From: a virus
Taxonomy: Duplodnaviria; Caudoviricetes
Direction: 5' to 3' (one strand)
Virus record (IMG/VR): IMGVR_UViG_3300035130_000094
Location: 1-34,232 of that record
Length of the DNA: 34,232 nt
Positions within the stretch are counted from its first letter, which is position 1. Each line of letters begins with the position of its first letter. Under the pieces are notes generated by a model that was not told the origin of the DNA, ran no database searches, and worked only from the letters and a program-made list of their open reading frames with translations. Shown piece after piece: positions 17,559-26,237 of this stretch. The position numbers and the translations under genes were made by a program.

Positions 17559-18966
17559 TGTTTAACTTCCTCTCATCTATAAATATATTTTTTTGTTTAT
17601 GCCACGATTTGGCTAAATCATGATAAATATAACAGTTTGATAAATCAGATTCATAAACGGAACAAATTAATTTGCGATTTCCACGACCTAAGTTTCCGTC
17701 AATCAATTTAAAATCGTCGTATCGCTTTAAAATTGGTGTAATATAATATTGTCCTGTTAAATGTAAGGTGTTTACGCTTTTATATTTAAGCGTGTTTATA
17801 TGCGTTTTAAATCCATATACAAGTCTTTTGAATCCTTCATAATGTTTTATCGCTCCTAGCGTTCCATTCGCTACAATTCCGTTTTCGTGATTCATTCCAA
17901 AAGCTTTTTTATTTTCAACTAATTTATCTAAAGGTTTTAAGCATATACTATCACAATCAGTATAAACGCCGCCATACTTGTATAATATTTCCAATCGTAT
18001 TATATCAACTTTTGCCGCATAAGTTGGCATTGAATCAATTAACTTTTGATTTACAAATTTTTCTCTTTTTATTTGTTTATCACTCCAAAAACGCACTTCC
18101 CAATCTGGATTTAATTTTTTAAAAGTATATATATTATTCAAATATTCTTTTGATATTTTCAAGCCTATCCAAACTATATGGATAATTTTTGGAATGATTA
18201 CATTGTATTTTTTATTCGGATAAAGTTTCAAAGTATTTTCTAATATCATATTTTTTAAATCATTTTCAATTATCAATCTTTTATCTTTAACTAATAAAGT
18301 TTTTAAATATTCTAATTGTATTGATGTTATATGCCTTGTTTTCTGTCTCCAACCTGTTTTTTGATTAACCAAAATATTTTTATCATAGTCAATTTTAAAT
18401 TCTGGTAAAACTGAATACTTCGGATAATGTGGATATTTGTAAAAATCGCAACCAATAACATGTAATTCTTTTAAATCTGTTGTTAATAAATGTTCCATTG
18501 CTAAAAGTCCCATGTTTGGGTCTGATTTTAAAATTGATTTTAAATACATTGTTACTTTTTTCATTGGGAATATTTTTATATTATTATGATAATTATTAAA
18601 AAAGCTATTAAATTTTCTTTTGTATTTATTCGAACTTGAGTTAAAACCCTTTTTAAATATTATGAATTTTATTTTGTCATGTAATAATACATTGATTCCA
18701 TAATTGTTTTTTATATGTTTGAAATGTTCACTAATTCCACCTGATACATAATATAAAATATCCGTTCGCGTCCCGAAATGTTTTCTAATGTCACCGAATA
18801 AAGGAAAACTATTATTCAATCTTACAACTACATCAAAACTATCTATATATTTTCCTTTTTCAAAATTCATCAAATTACTAGAAGGTCCAACCACTATAAC
18901 TCTTTTATTTTTTAAATATCTGCAAAATTCCTTATAATTTTTTTTGCATTCCTTTTGAATTGTCAT
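17548..18966 (-). CDS. GT29-like sialyltransferase fused to GT32-like (DXD) glycosyltransferase
   Basis: N-half: sialylmotif L-like KRVIVVGPSSNL...IDSFDVVVRLNN...GTRTD and S-like PNMGLLAM...LHVIGCDFY. C-half: IPKIIHIVWIG, DIIRLEILYKYGGVYTDCD. Confidence 0.8.
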   Translation of the reverse strand: MTIQKECKKNYKEFCRYLKNKRVIVVGPSSNLMNFEKGKYIDSFDVVVRLNNSFPLFGDIRKHFGTRTDILYYVSGGISEHFKHIKNNYGINVLLHDKIKFIIFKKGFNSSSNKYKRKFNSFFNNYHNNIKIFPMKKVTMYLKSILKSDPNMGLLAMEHLLTTDLKELHVIGCDFYKYPHYPKYSVLPEFKIDYDKNILVNQKTGWRQKTRHITSIQLEYLKTLLVKDKRLIIENDLKNMILENTLKLYPNKKYNVIIPKIIHIVWIGLKISKEYLNNIYTFKKLNPDWEVRFWSDKQIKREKFVNQKLIDSMPTYAAKVDIIRLEILYKYGGVYTDCDSICLKPLDKLVENKKAFGMNHENGIVANGTLGAIKHYEGFKRLVYGFKTHINTLKYKSVNTLHLTGQYYITPILKRYDDFKLIDGNLGRGNRKLICSVYESDLSNCYIYHDLAKSWHKQKNIFIDERKLNNEN

Positions 18967-19648
18967 TTTTGTTTATCTCCTTTAAAAACTTTCTCAATTC
19001 TAGTTCCCATTTTTTTAAATCAATTTTTGTTATAGTCTCGGAATGACTTGTATTATGTTTATTATAAATAGTTACTAGATTATTCATATATAAAAATCTT
19101 GCATTTGTTGAAGCAATAGCCGCCCAAAAAAAATTATTACAATATTCTGATTTGGGGTATTGGACCCTTTTAAATAATTCTTTTTTAAATAATGAGTGAG
19201 AATTTAACCACTTACCGCCCTTTAATTCTTTTTTTGAATAAAGTTTCACACTAAAATATTTTCTTAGCTTCTTCTTATTTTCTTTAATTAACATTCCCCC
19301 TACTATTACATCACAATTTTTGTTAATATGTTTTGAAACGTATTTTAAGCCGTTTTTTAACAATTCGTCGTCAACATCTAAATACATAACCCATTTTGTA
19401 TTTAGATTATTTATAGCCGCATTTCTTGCCGTTCCCATATCTTCAAATTTGACTTTTATAAATTTGTATTTTATATTATTTTGTTTTAAAATAGATAAAG
19501 CCTTTGTTATGTAGTTTGCATTATATTTATATCCTGCCTGACATATTACAACCATGTCAGGCCTTATAATGCTATTACATATCGATTTTACCCATCTTAT
19601 TAAATATTTATCATAATAATTATACATACTTGTTGCTATCCCAATCAT
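18932..19648 (-). CDS. Glycosyltransferase family 2
   Basis: SICNS..RPDMVVI, GTARNAAI, WVMYLDVDD. Confidence 0.85.
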   Translation of the reverse strand: MIGIATSMYNYYDKYLIRWVKSICNSIIRPDMVVICQAGYKYNANYITKALSILKQNNIKYKFIKVKFEDMGTARNAAINNLNTKWVMYLDVDDELLKNGLKYVSKHINKNCDVIVGGMLIKENKKKLRKYFSVKLYSKKELKGGKWLNSHSLFKKELFKRVQYPKSEYCNNFFWAAIASTNARFLYMNNLVTIYNKHNTSHSETITKIDLKKWELELRKFLKEINKNDNSKGMQKKL

Positions 19649-20718
19649 TGTATTAATCCTAACGCTTTTTTTAAAAATTGTTCTGTTTCTCCTTTATGCT
19701 TTTGTAAAATTAATTTTGAAGTATCATATTTTATTTTTTCATCTATATTATTTTTAGCATTTTGAAATTTTCTATATTTCAAATCTAATATATCTAATAA
19801 ATCATCAATTCTTGATTGTACCGATAAATTGGTGTTTATATCACATATTAAAAATTGTTTTTCAAAAATTACACTAAAGCAAAGACCATGAAAACTATTA
19901 GTTATAACATATGTTGCATGTCTTATTAAATCGACAAATTCGTAAGGACTTATAAAAAAATAATTTGATTTTGGGTCATTGCAATTTATAACTTTTAAAT
20001 TTTCTCTTTTTGCTAGTCTATTAATATAACTTAAAACTTCTGGATTTAATCTCTTTTGATTCAAAAAGTAAGTGAATATATATTTATCAGGTTTATAAAA
20101 TGCCTTTTGTCGATTTGCAAAAGTCCCCCAACTTCGTTTATTTCCAGATAAACAAGGGTCTAATATTAACTTTGATTCTTTACCAGTTAATTTATAAACT
20201 ATCCCTTGAGCGGTTTTTTCTCTTACTGATAAATTTTTAATTCTGCTTAATCCTTTTTTAAAAAATGGTCTTAGTTTCGGCTCTATATCTGAGTAACAAC
20301 GCCCAAAACTTCCGGATAAAGCAATAATTTTATCGGGGTTTAAAAAACTACAAAAATCAAAGGGCCACGGATATTTTAAAGAAGGGTTAAAAACTTGGTC
20401 ACTTCCAATTATTATATAGTCGTACTTGTCTAATTCCTGCATTTTATATTCATTATTGCCTTTTATTCGGACTTCATTAAAACAATTACTTGAAAATTCT
20501 TTAAATACTGTTGTTCTTTTTAATCTCTGAGATTTTAACAAACTTGCTTTTGATTCTATTTTCTTTTTATTTTCAAATTCTAATATTACAGTATCAACTT
20601 GTTTTTTCTTTTTACAAACAACATTTAACATTCTATGAATCGCATATAATTGCAACCTGTTCCCATAGTTAATATAACTTGTCAGAGTCAGTATTCCTAT
20701 TTTAATCATTTTTTTCAA
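19645..20718 (-). CDS. Polysaccharide pyruvyl transferase family protein
   Basis: NYGNRLQ.YA, IIGSDQVFN, LSVRE, LDP, VITNSFHG.CFS. Confidence 0.88.
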   Translation of the reverse strand: MKKMIKIGILTLTSYINYGNRLQLYAIHRMLNVVCKKKKQVDTVILEFENKKKIESKASLLKSQRLKRTTVFKEFSSNCFNEVRIKGNNEYKMQELDKYDYIIIGSDQVFNPSLKYPWPFDFCSFLNPDKIIALSGSFGRCYSDIEPKLRPFFKKGLSRIKNLSVREKTAQGIVYKLTGKESKLILDPCLSGNKRSWGTFANRQKAFYKPDKYIFTYFLNQKRLNPEVLSYINRLAKRENLKVINCNDPKSNYFFISPYEFVDLIRHATYVITNSFHGLCFSVIFEKQFLICDINTNLSVQSRIDDLLDILDLKYRKFQNAKNNIDEKIKYDTSKLILQKHKGETEQFLKKALGLIQ

Positions 20719-21721
20719 TCTCCTTTTTTAATTTATTTAAATTTATAAATTTATCATCAATATAATAATCGGCGGCCGGTTTTCCAAATCTTAATTCGTG
20801 ATATTTTACGCCCCATTCCGTTAATTGTTTTTGTGTCAAATCCAACCAGTCAATATTAGTAATTGAACCCCTAGCAGTCAAAATAATTATTTTATTATCA
20901 TTTTCATATAATTTATTAATTAAATCAACTGTGCTTTTTATTTCAATTGCATTTTCATAATTTATATTATTAGTACAAATTACCCCGTCGATATCAAAAC
21001 AAAAAGTTTGAAATTTTGGTATTTTATCAAACTCAATTGATATATTTTCTAAGTCTTCTATTGTGTCAATATCTTTTATTTCTTCCATCAAGTAAGGTAA
21101 TATTTTTTTACCAGACATTGACCCATTTAAAACAGTTTCAGCTTTTACTATATCTATACAACCATTATGTAAAAAATCATTTGGTAATAATTGTCTAGGA
21201 TAATTATTAAATTCTATATTAATATTATCAATACATCTTTTTAAATATCCATCTTCGCCCAAGAAATAAGATTTATAAACGCTTTTATTATTTTTTGTAA
21301 CACTTCTTAAAGAATCCGCATTTGAATTTAAAAACATTTTCAAAGCTTTATTTATATCTTCGATTTTTCTTGTTGGATATGTTGGCCTTAAGTGAATAAA
21401 AATATCTGGTTTATAATTCATCATTGAAAAAGTATTTAAAACATCTTGAAAACATTCTATGTCTAAACTATTATCTTGTGATATTTCATCAGGCCTATAA
21501 ACAATATCAACTTTATTAAATGGTTCGTTACTTCTGATAATATCGCCATATTCTTGACTATTAGTTGATACTATAATTTTATCAATATTCTTTAATCTTA
21601 AAGCTTGGTTTATAGTCCAAAATATTAAAGGTTTTCCTTTAAAATCTGAAACGTTTTTATCAATTATTCCTTTCGAACCACTTCGGGCCGGTATTACTAC
21701 AACAATTTTTTTTGTGTCCAT
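20702..21721 (-). CDS. neuA: Acylneuraminate cytidylyltransferase fused to HAD phosphatase
   Basis: IPARSGSKGIIDKN, LRPTYP.R, PRQ.LP, DIDTIED; C-terminal CFDIDGVIC, LTARG, GKP.AD.YIDD HAD motifs. Confidence 0.9.
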   Translation of the reverse strand: MDTKKIVVVIPARSGSKGIIDKNVSDFKGKPLIFWTINQALRLKNIDKIIVSTNSQEYGDIIRSNEPFNKVDIVYRPDEISQDNSLDIECFQDVLNTFSMMNYKPDIFIHLRPTYPTRKIEDINKALKMFLNSNADSLRSVTKNNKSVYKSYFLGEDGYLKRCIDNINIEFNNYPRQLLPNDFLHNGCIDIVKAETVLNGSMSGKKILPYLMEEIKDIDTIEDLENISIEFDKIPKFQTFCFDIDGVICTNNINYENAIEIKSTVDLINKLYENDNKIIILTARGSITNIDWLDLTQKQLTEWGVKYHELRFGKPAADYYIDDKFINLNKLKKEIEKND

Positions 21722-21724
21722 TTT

Positions 21725-22453
21725 TTAACCTCCATAGTATTTATTTAAATGTATTTTAATATCTTTTCGCCCCGGTCTTGCTGTTTCTGTAATTTTATAA
21801 CCACACGGCAACAAGCAAAATGGCAATAAATTGTCTGGCAAAAGTAATTTTTCTTTTATATAATTTCTTTCTTTGATAGTTGATAAATTAACCCAACACA
21901 TGGCAATTTTTAAATTTTCGGCCGCCAGTAATATATTTTGAACCGCTGCCGCCATATCTGAGTATATGAAATAATAAAAACTGTTTATATTTGCGTTATT
22001 CGGTTTTGGATATACATTTTTATCAGCCAGAGGAATTATTAATGTTTTTGCTCCATTCACAAAATTTTGCTTTTTAACTTTTGCTATATTAAAAATTTTA
22101 ATTCTATCCTCAATTACAATAATTTCTAAGGGTTGACGATTGCAACTTGACGGGGCTAAACCTCCACATTTACATATTAACTCTATATCATTTCTTTTTA
22201 ATCCTTCGCCAAATATGCGGCAACTCCTACGATTCATTACAGTATTAATAAAATCATTTTCGGAATGTTCTTTTAAATATATTTCTTCATCATATAAAAC
22301 ACGCTTAATCCATTGAATTTCATCAATTGACATTTCATCTTTAAACTTTTTAAATTCAATTTTTAATTTTTCTTGTTTTGCTTTCTTTCTGATTGTGTCA
22401 CCTTCAAATTTTTCTAAACAATGAACTTGCCCTCTAAAATTCCCAATTTTCAC
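21725..22453 (-). CDS. Nitroreductase family protein
   Basis: RRSCRIF, APSSCNRQP, DMAAAVQNILLAA; GTG start with AAGGAG RBS. Confidence 0.88.
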   Translation of the reverse strand: MKIGNFRGQVHCLEKFEGDTIRKKAKQEKLKIEFKKFKDEMSIDEIQWIKRVLYDEEIYLKEHSENDFINTVMNRRSCRIFGEGLKRNDIELICKCGGLAPSSCNRQPLEIIVIEDRIKIFNIAKVKKQNFVNGAKTLIIPLADKNVYPKPNNANINSFYYFIYSDMAAAVQNILLAAENLKIAMCWVNLSTIKERNYIKEKLLLPDNLLPFCLLPCGYKITETARPGRKDIKIHLNKYYGG

Positions 22454-22474
22454 TTTTTAACTCCTTTCTAATGA

Positions 22475-22508
22475 AAAAAAGCGACCTTTTTAAAAGCCGC
22501 TTTTTTTT
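22475..22508. terminator. Intrinsic terminator in leader of glycan operon
   Basis: Minus strand AAAAAAAGCGGCTTTT-AAAAAGGTCGC-TTTTTTT, ending ~6 nt before the nitroreductase RBS. Confidence 0.65.
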
Positions 22509-22565
22509 CTGCTCAATAACATTGTAGACATCAACACAAACTAAATAATTACTATACCTATTTAC

Positions 22566-22594
22566 ATTATATATTAAAAAAGTTTTGTTTTCAA
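22566..22594 (-). promoter_or_regulatory. Possible SigA promoter for glycan operon leader
   Basis: TTGAAA-17-TATAAT overlapping the end of the upstream gene. Confidence 0.5.
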
Positions 22595-22981
22595 TGGGTA
22601 AAAATACCTTAAACCCTGACATGTAAACATATCTAATATATGATGAATAAAAACACCAATCAACAAACCGAATAAAAAAGAATTATCATAATATTTATAT
22701 AGAGTTGCTATTATTGCAATAGTTAACCAACTATGTGTTAACGCTCCCCTATGTTTAAAAATATTATAAGTTGTTGAATTTTTAAAAGCCAATTTTTGAA
22801 TTTGTTTATAAAAACTTCTAAATAAATAAATTTGTGAATTAATATGTGATTTTTTATTGTCTACATCTGGAATAAATGAACCCAACCAAGCACCGGAAAT
22901 ACTTAAAATCGGGTCTTTTGTTATAGCAAAAGAAACGGCGGCCGCCGCAACGAATCCGCCGTAATGTCCTTTTTTATTCAT
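22574..22981 (-). CDS. Membrane-bound metal-dependent hydrolase (YdjM-like)
   Basis: GH, IPDVD, HRGALTHS, HHILDMFT..G motifs and hydrophobic segments. Confidence 0.85.
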   Translation of the reverse strand: MNKKGHYGGFVAAAAVSFAITKDPILSISGAWLGSFIPDVDNKKSHINSQIYLFRSFYKQIQKLAFKNSTTYNIFKHRGALTHSWLTIAIIATLYKYYDNSFLFGLLIGVFIHHILDMFTCQGLRYFYPLKTKLF

Positions 22982-23435
22982 TTAATCCCTCATATTCACA
23001 TATGTATGGATTTACTTCCGGTTCGAAATTATAAGTTTCCCAATACTCATCTAAAAATTTATTATATCCAATTTTATTAAAATTATTCCAAATTGATAAA
23101 ATAATTTCAGTCCAATAATTTGATTTTTTTTCAAATATTATAGTTTTTTCTATTTTGTTTTCTTTATTATACCATTCGCCAATAAAAGTTAGGCTTGTAA
23201 TTGTTTTAATTTCATCAATTAAAACCTTTAACATATTATTTGTTTTTTTTATTTTGTATTTTTTATATGCTTTTATAGATTCATTACTTTCTATTTCCAT
23301 TAAAGCAGATTGATATTTATATTTTCCGTTTAACCATGTTTTAAATTTTTCTACTTCTTCTTTGAAGTCATTTTTTAAAATTAACAGTATTTCTCTTTGT
23401 GATTTTTGTATTATTGTTAAATCTTCTTTTCTCAT
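22974..23435 (-). CDS. Hypothetical protein
   Basis: 153 aa, AAGGAGAATAAAAAAAATG RBS/start. Confidence 0.7.
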   Translation of the reverse strand: MRKEDLTIIQKSQREILLILKNDFKEEVEKFKTWLNGKYKYQSALMEIESNESIKAYKKYKIKKTNNMLKVLIDEIKTITSLTFIGEWYNKENKIEKTIIFEKKSNYWTEIILSIWNNFNKIGYNKFLDEYWETYNFEPEVNPYICEYEGLNE

Positions 23436-23456
23436 TTTTTTTATTCTCCTTTTGAT

Positions 23457-23723
23457 TTAATTATTTTGCCAAATCATAGATTTTCTTATTTCGTTTTTAA
23501 AATCTTCTGATATATATTTATCATTTATTAAAGATTCCATAAAATCATTTATATTAATTTTTTCTTTAGTAACTTTTTTTCCTATATATACTTTTCCAAA
23601 ATATACATAGTGTTCATATCTGTTATTTATTCTTTGATTATATTTTATTGTCAAAGCTTCTTTATTAAATAATTTTATTTTTAACTCTCTTGCAATTTTA
23701 GATATAAATGTCTTTATCTTCAA
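23457..23723 (-). CDS. Hypothetical protein
   Basis: 88 aa, TTG start preceded by GGAGGG. Confidence 0.55.
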   Translation of the reverse strand: MKIKTFISKIARELKIKLFNKEALTIKYNQRINNRYEHYVYFGKVYIGKKVTKEKININDFMESLINDKYISEDFKNEIRKSMIWQNN

Positions 23724-24150
23724 TGTTTTTCCCCTCCACTTCTATAATTTTTGTATAATCGTCAGTTATTCTGACTTTCATGTTTAATTCATATCCCAAG
23801 TATCTTAATTTTTCAATGCTTTTATCATCAAACAAATGCTCTTCTGCCATGTCTACGATTTCCTGATTATCCTCTTTTCCTCTGTGGAAATAAATTTCCG
23901 CTTCAAACATTTTTTTGTTTTCATTTAATAATTTTTCTTGTCTTTCTGTATCATCAGAAATTGAAACAATATTATAAATAGCCAGTGGTGTTAATTCTGA
24001 CAATATTTCTGTTTTTGAATTTGATACAAAATAATCACAACCTGATATATACTCGTCTAACCCTCCCGGCTGTGTTTTATCTATAAATTCAGCAATGTCA
24101 ATTATTATAGTTTCTTGATTTGGGCTTAATATTCCAACATATTTTTTCAT
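23698..24150 (-). CDS. Hypothetical acidic protein
   Basis: 150 aa, GGAGGAGG RBS, own promoter. Confidence 0.75.
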   Translation of the reverse strand: MKKYVGILSPNQETIIIDIAEFIDKTQPGGLDEYISGCDYFVSNSKTEILSELTPLAIYNIVSISDDTERQEKLLNENKKMFEAEIYFHRGKEDNQEIVDMAEEHLFDDKSIEKLRYLGYELNMKVRITDDYTKIIEVEGKNIEDKDIYI

Positions 24151-24163
24151 TTTTTAAATCCTC

Positions 24164-24238
24164 CTCCGGTAAAATTATTTAATGTCTTTAACATGTCTAT
24201 ATTGTATATTAAATAAGTTAAAAAGTCAACACTTTTTT
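24164..24238 (-). promoter_or_regulatory. Repeated promoter/leader cassette, copy 1
   Basis: AAAAGTG-TTGACT-17-TACAAT-ATAGACATGTTAA...TTTTACCGGAGG. Confidence 0.75.
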
Positions 24239-24254
24239 GAAACTTTTTTCTAAA

Positions 24255-24631
24255 TGCCAAAATCGTGCCAAAACTAGTGCCAAAAAAATGCCAAAAAAAT
24301 GCCGACTTTTGACAAGACTTAAACACTGTTATATCAATACTTTCAAAGAATAAAAAAATTAAAATGCCAAAATGCCACTTTAAATTATATACCTTATATA
24401 AATTGAGCAAAAAAAAATATATAGGGTATATATTTTTTTTTGGCATTTTGGCATTTTATAAAAAATATAAAAATATATAAAAATCTTTGTATCTCTTACT
24501 ATTACTATATTATATATATATATTATATAAGAAATATATATATAATATATATAATATATATGCCAAAGTAATATATATAAATGCCAAAAAAATATATTAA
24601 TATGCCAAAACTATTTAATAGAATGCCAAAA
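24255..24631. repeat. Iteron-like TGCCAAAA array with AT-rich core (origin-like)
   Basis: TGCC(AAAA) at 24255, 24266, 24278, 24289, 24300; inverted pair 24361-24377/24441-24457; TA-rich 24470-24560; copies at 24561, 24582, 24603, 24624. Confidence 0.75.
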
Positions 24632-24800
24632 AAATAAAATAATAAACTAGAATCATTTTTCCGGATAAAAAAGAATATTTTCTTTATTCGGATTAATAAA
24701 TAATTCTAGTCAAATAATAACTTTTTATAATTCATTTAAAGGCATATATTAAGTTTTTAAATTTCATTAATGTAATTTTATAGATATAGATACAAAACTA

Positions 24801-24839
24801 AAATAAAAGCCCATTTTGTATTAATGAGCTTTATTTTTT
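24801..24839. terminator. Probable terminator after portal/minor capsid genes
   Basis: AAATAAAAGCCCATT...AATGAGCTTTATTT imperfect inverted repeat. Confidence 0.45.
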
Positions 24840-24845
24840 AAAAGT

Positions 24846-25046
24846 TTATAAGAAGTTTATAAAATCATCATTATTGATTTGTTTAACTGTTAAATTAACA
24901 TTATATTCAATATTTTTTAACATGTTTGTATATTCAATTAATTTATCATGTAACATTTTTATTTCTTCATGTAATTTGTAATTTTCCTCTTGTAACCTTG
25001 TTATTGTTTGTTCTGTTGTTTCACAACATGATTTTTCATTATTCAT
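24846..25046 (-). CDS. Small coiled-coil hypothetical protein
   Basis: 66 aa, AAAGGA RBS, flanked by 15-bp direct repeats. Confidence 0.55.
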   Translation of the reverse strand: MNNEKSCCETTEQTITRLQEENYKLHEEIKMLHDKLIEYTNMLKNIEYNVNLTVKQINNDDFINFL

Positions 25047-25061
25047 AATAAAAATCCTTTC

Positions 25062-26237
25062 TTAATGAGCTTTATTAATTTGCTCTCTAGAATATTTTCT
25101 TTTTAAATAAGTATTAGTGTTAATTAATTCTCTTTGTTTTGTTTGCCATTCTGATATTTTAGATTTATATTTTAATTGTGTTTTATTATCAAGCGAGGTC
25201 GATTCTAACCGCTTATACTTTCTTATCTGTCTTTCATTATATCTTTGTTGTTGCTGTGCATTATAAGCAATTTCTTGAGCTTCTTTATATCCATATTTAT
25301 TTATTAAAGATTCTTCGGCCGGGTCAATACTAACATTTCTTAAAATACTTTCTCTTTCTGTGTATGGTGAAATTGAATGAAAACAATTAACATGAAACAA
25401 ACCGCCGGTAATTGCCGCATACAAAGAAGGATATTGTTTTGACTTACCGTCTAGGCTTAAAATTTCGCCCTCATAAGGCATACACAACGGACATGCCCGG
25501 AAATGGCTTGAAACTTGGCCCAATTCGTAACCATATTCCATATATCTATTTAAATTAGCTTGTCTAAAAGCATTATTTGTCATGTTGCGGCCTAACATTT
25601 CCGAATAGTTTTCGATGTTGTGTACTGCTCCGTTTTTATATGTAATAGTTTTCAAACCTCTTCGGCTATACTCATTCAATAATTGTTGTGATAAATTCAG
25701 TCTTGTAAAATAATTAGCTTCTTTAAATGCTTTACTTCCGACTAAAATCGAAACTTTTCTAAATTCATCATTAGCCGCACGTAATATTTGAAAAGCTTGT
25801 TTTGATGTATAACTATAACTTTGTGACCTGATAAGCTCGACAATGCTTAAATGTTGCGGAAAATTTTTAAATTGAGATACTATATTATTTGTCAAAGTTG
25901 GAAAAACAGTCGGGATATTTTTAAATAAAAAAGTTCCGCCTATAATCGTATTTGTAGCCGTTTTAGTATCTTTTAATTTACTTACTTGTGAGTTAGCAAA
26001 AGCTATTCCGAGCAAATAAGCCGATATTAATTCAGTATCAGCCCAGTTTTCAGAATCTTTTTTGTAATCATTTGCTATTTGTGAGATTTCAGTATTATAT
26101 ATACTTTGTTGCTTTGAAATATCATCGAGATTATTTATTAAATTTTTTACTGCTTTCATTAATGCAATTCCGGATAAAAACAAAACTGTATTTCCAATAA
26201 TTCCGAGTTTATCCCCGATATCATTAATTTTTGACAT
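25062..26237 (-). CDS. Phage minor capsid protein (min_cap2 / MuF-related)
   Basis: VSSH.RACPLC.PYEG, GLFH.NC.H...PY, QQRYNERQIRKYKR motifs; follows the portal. Confidence 0.88.
   Translation of the reverse strand: MSKINDIGDKLGIIGNTVLFLSGIALMKAVKNLINNLDDISKQQSIYNTEISQIANDYKKDSENWADTELISAYLLGIAFANSQVSKLKDTKTATNTIIGGTFLFKNIPTVFPTLTNNIVSQFKNFPQHLSIVELIRSQSYSYTSKQAFQILRAANDEFRKVSILVGSKAFKEANYFTRLNLSQQLLNEYSRRGLKTITYKNGAVHNIENYSEMLGRNMTNNAFRQANLNRYMEYGYELGQVSSHFRACPLCMPYEGEILSLDGKSKQYPSLYAAITGGLFHVNCFHSISPYTERESILRNVSIDPAEESLINKYGYKEAQEIAYNAQQQQRYNERQIRKYKRLESTSLDNKTQLKYKSKISEWQTKQRELINTNTYLKRKYSREQINKAH

Noticed and set aside
22434-22622. 62-aa minus-strand ORF
   Set aside because: Overlaps two genes, a promoter and a terminator; no RBS. 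A leader-peptide role cannot be fully excluded.
24147-24446. 99-aa minus-strand ORF
   Set aside because: Runs through the iteron array and promoter; composition reflects the repeats.
24255-24631. CRISPR mini-array
   Set aside because: Repeats are only ~8 bp with 11-21 bp periods; no spacer-sized unique segments and no cas genes.
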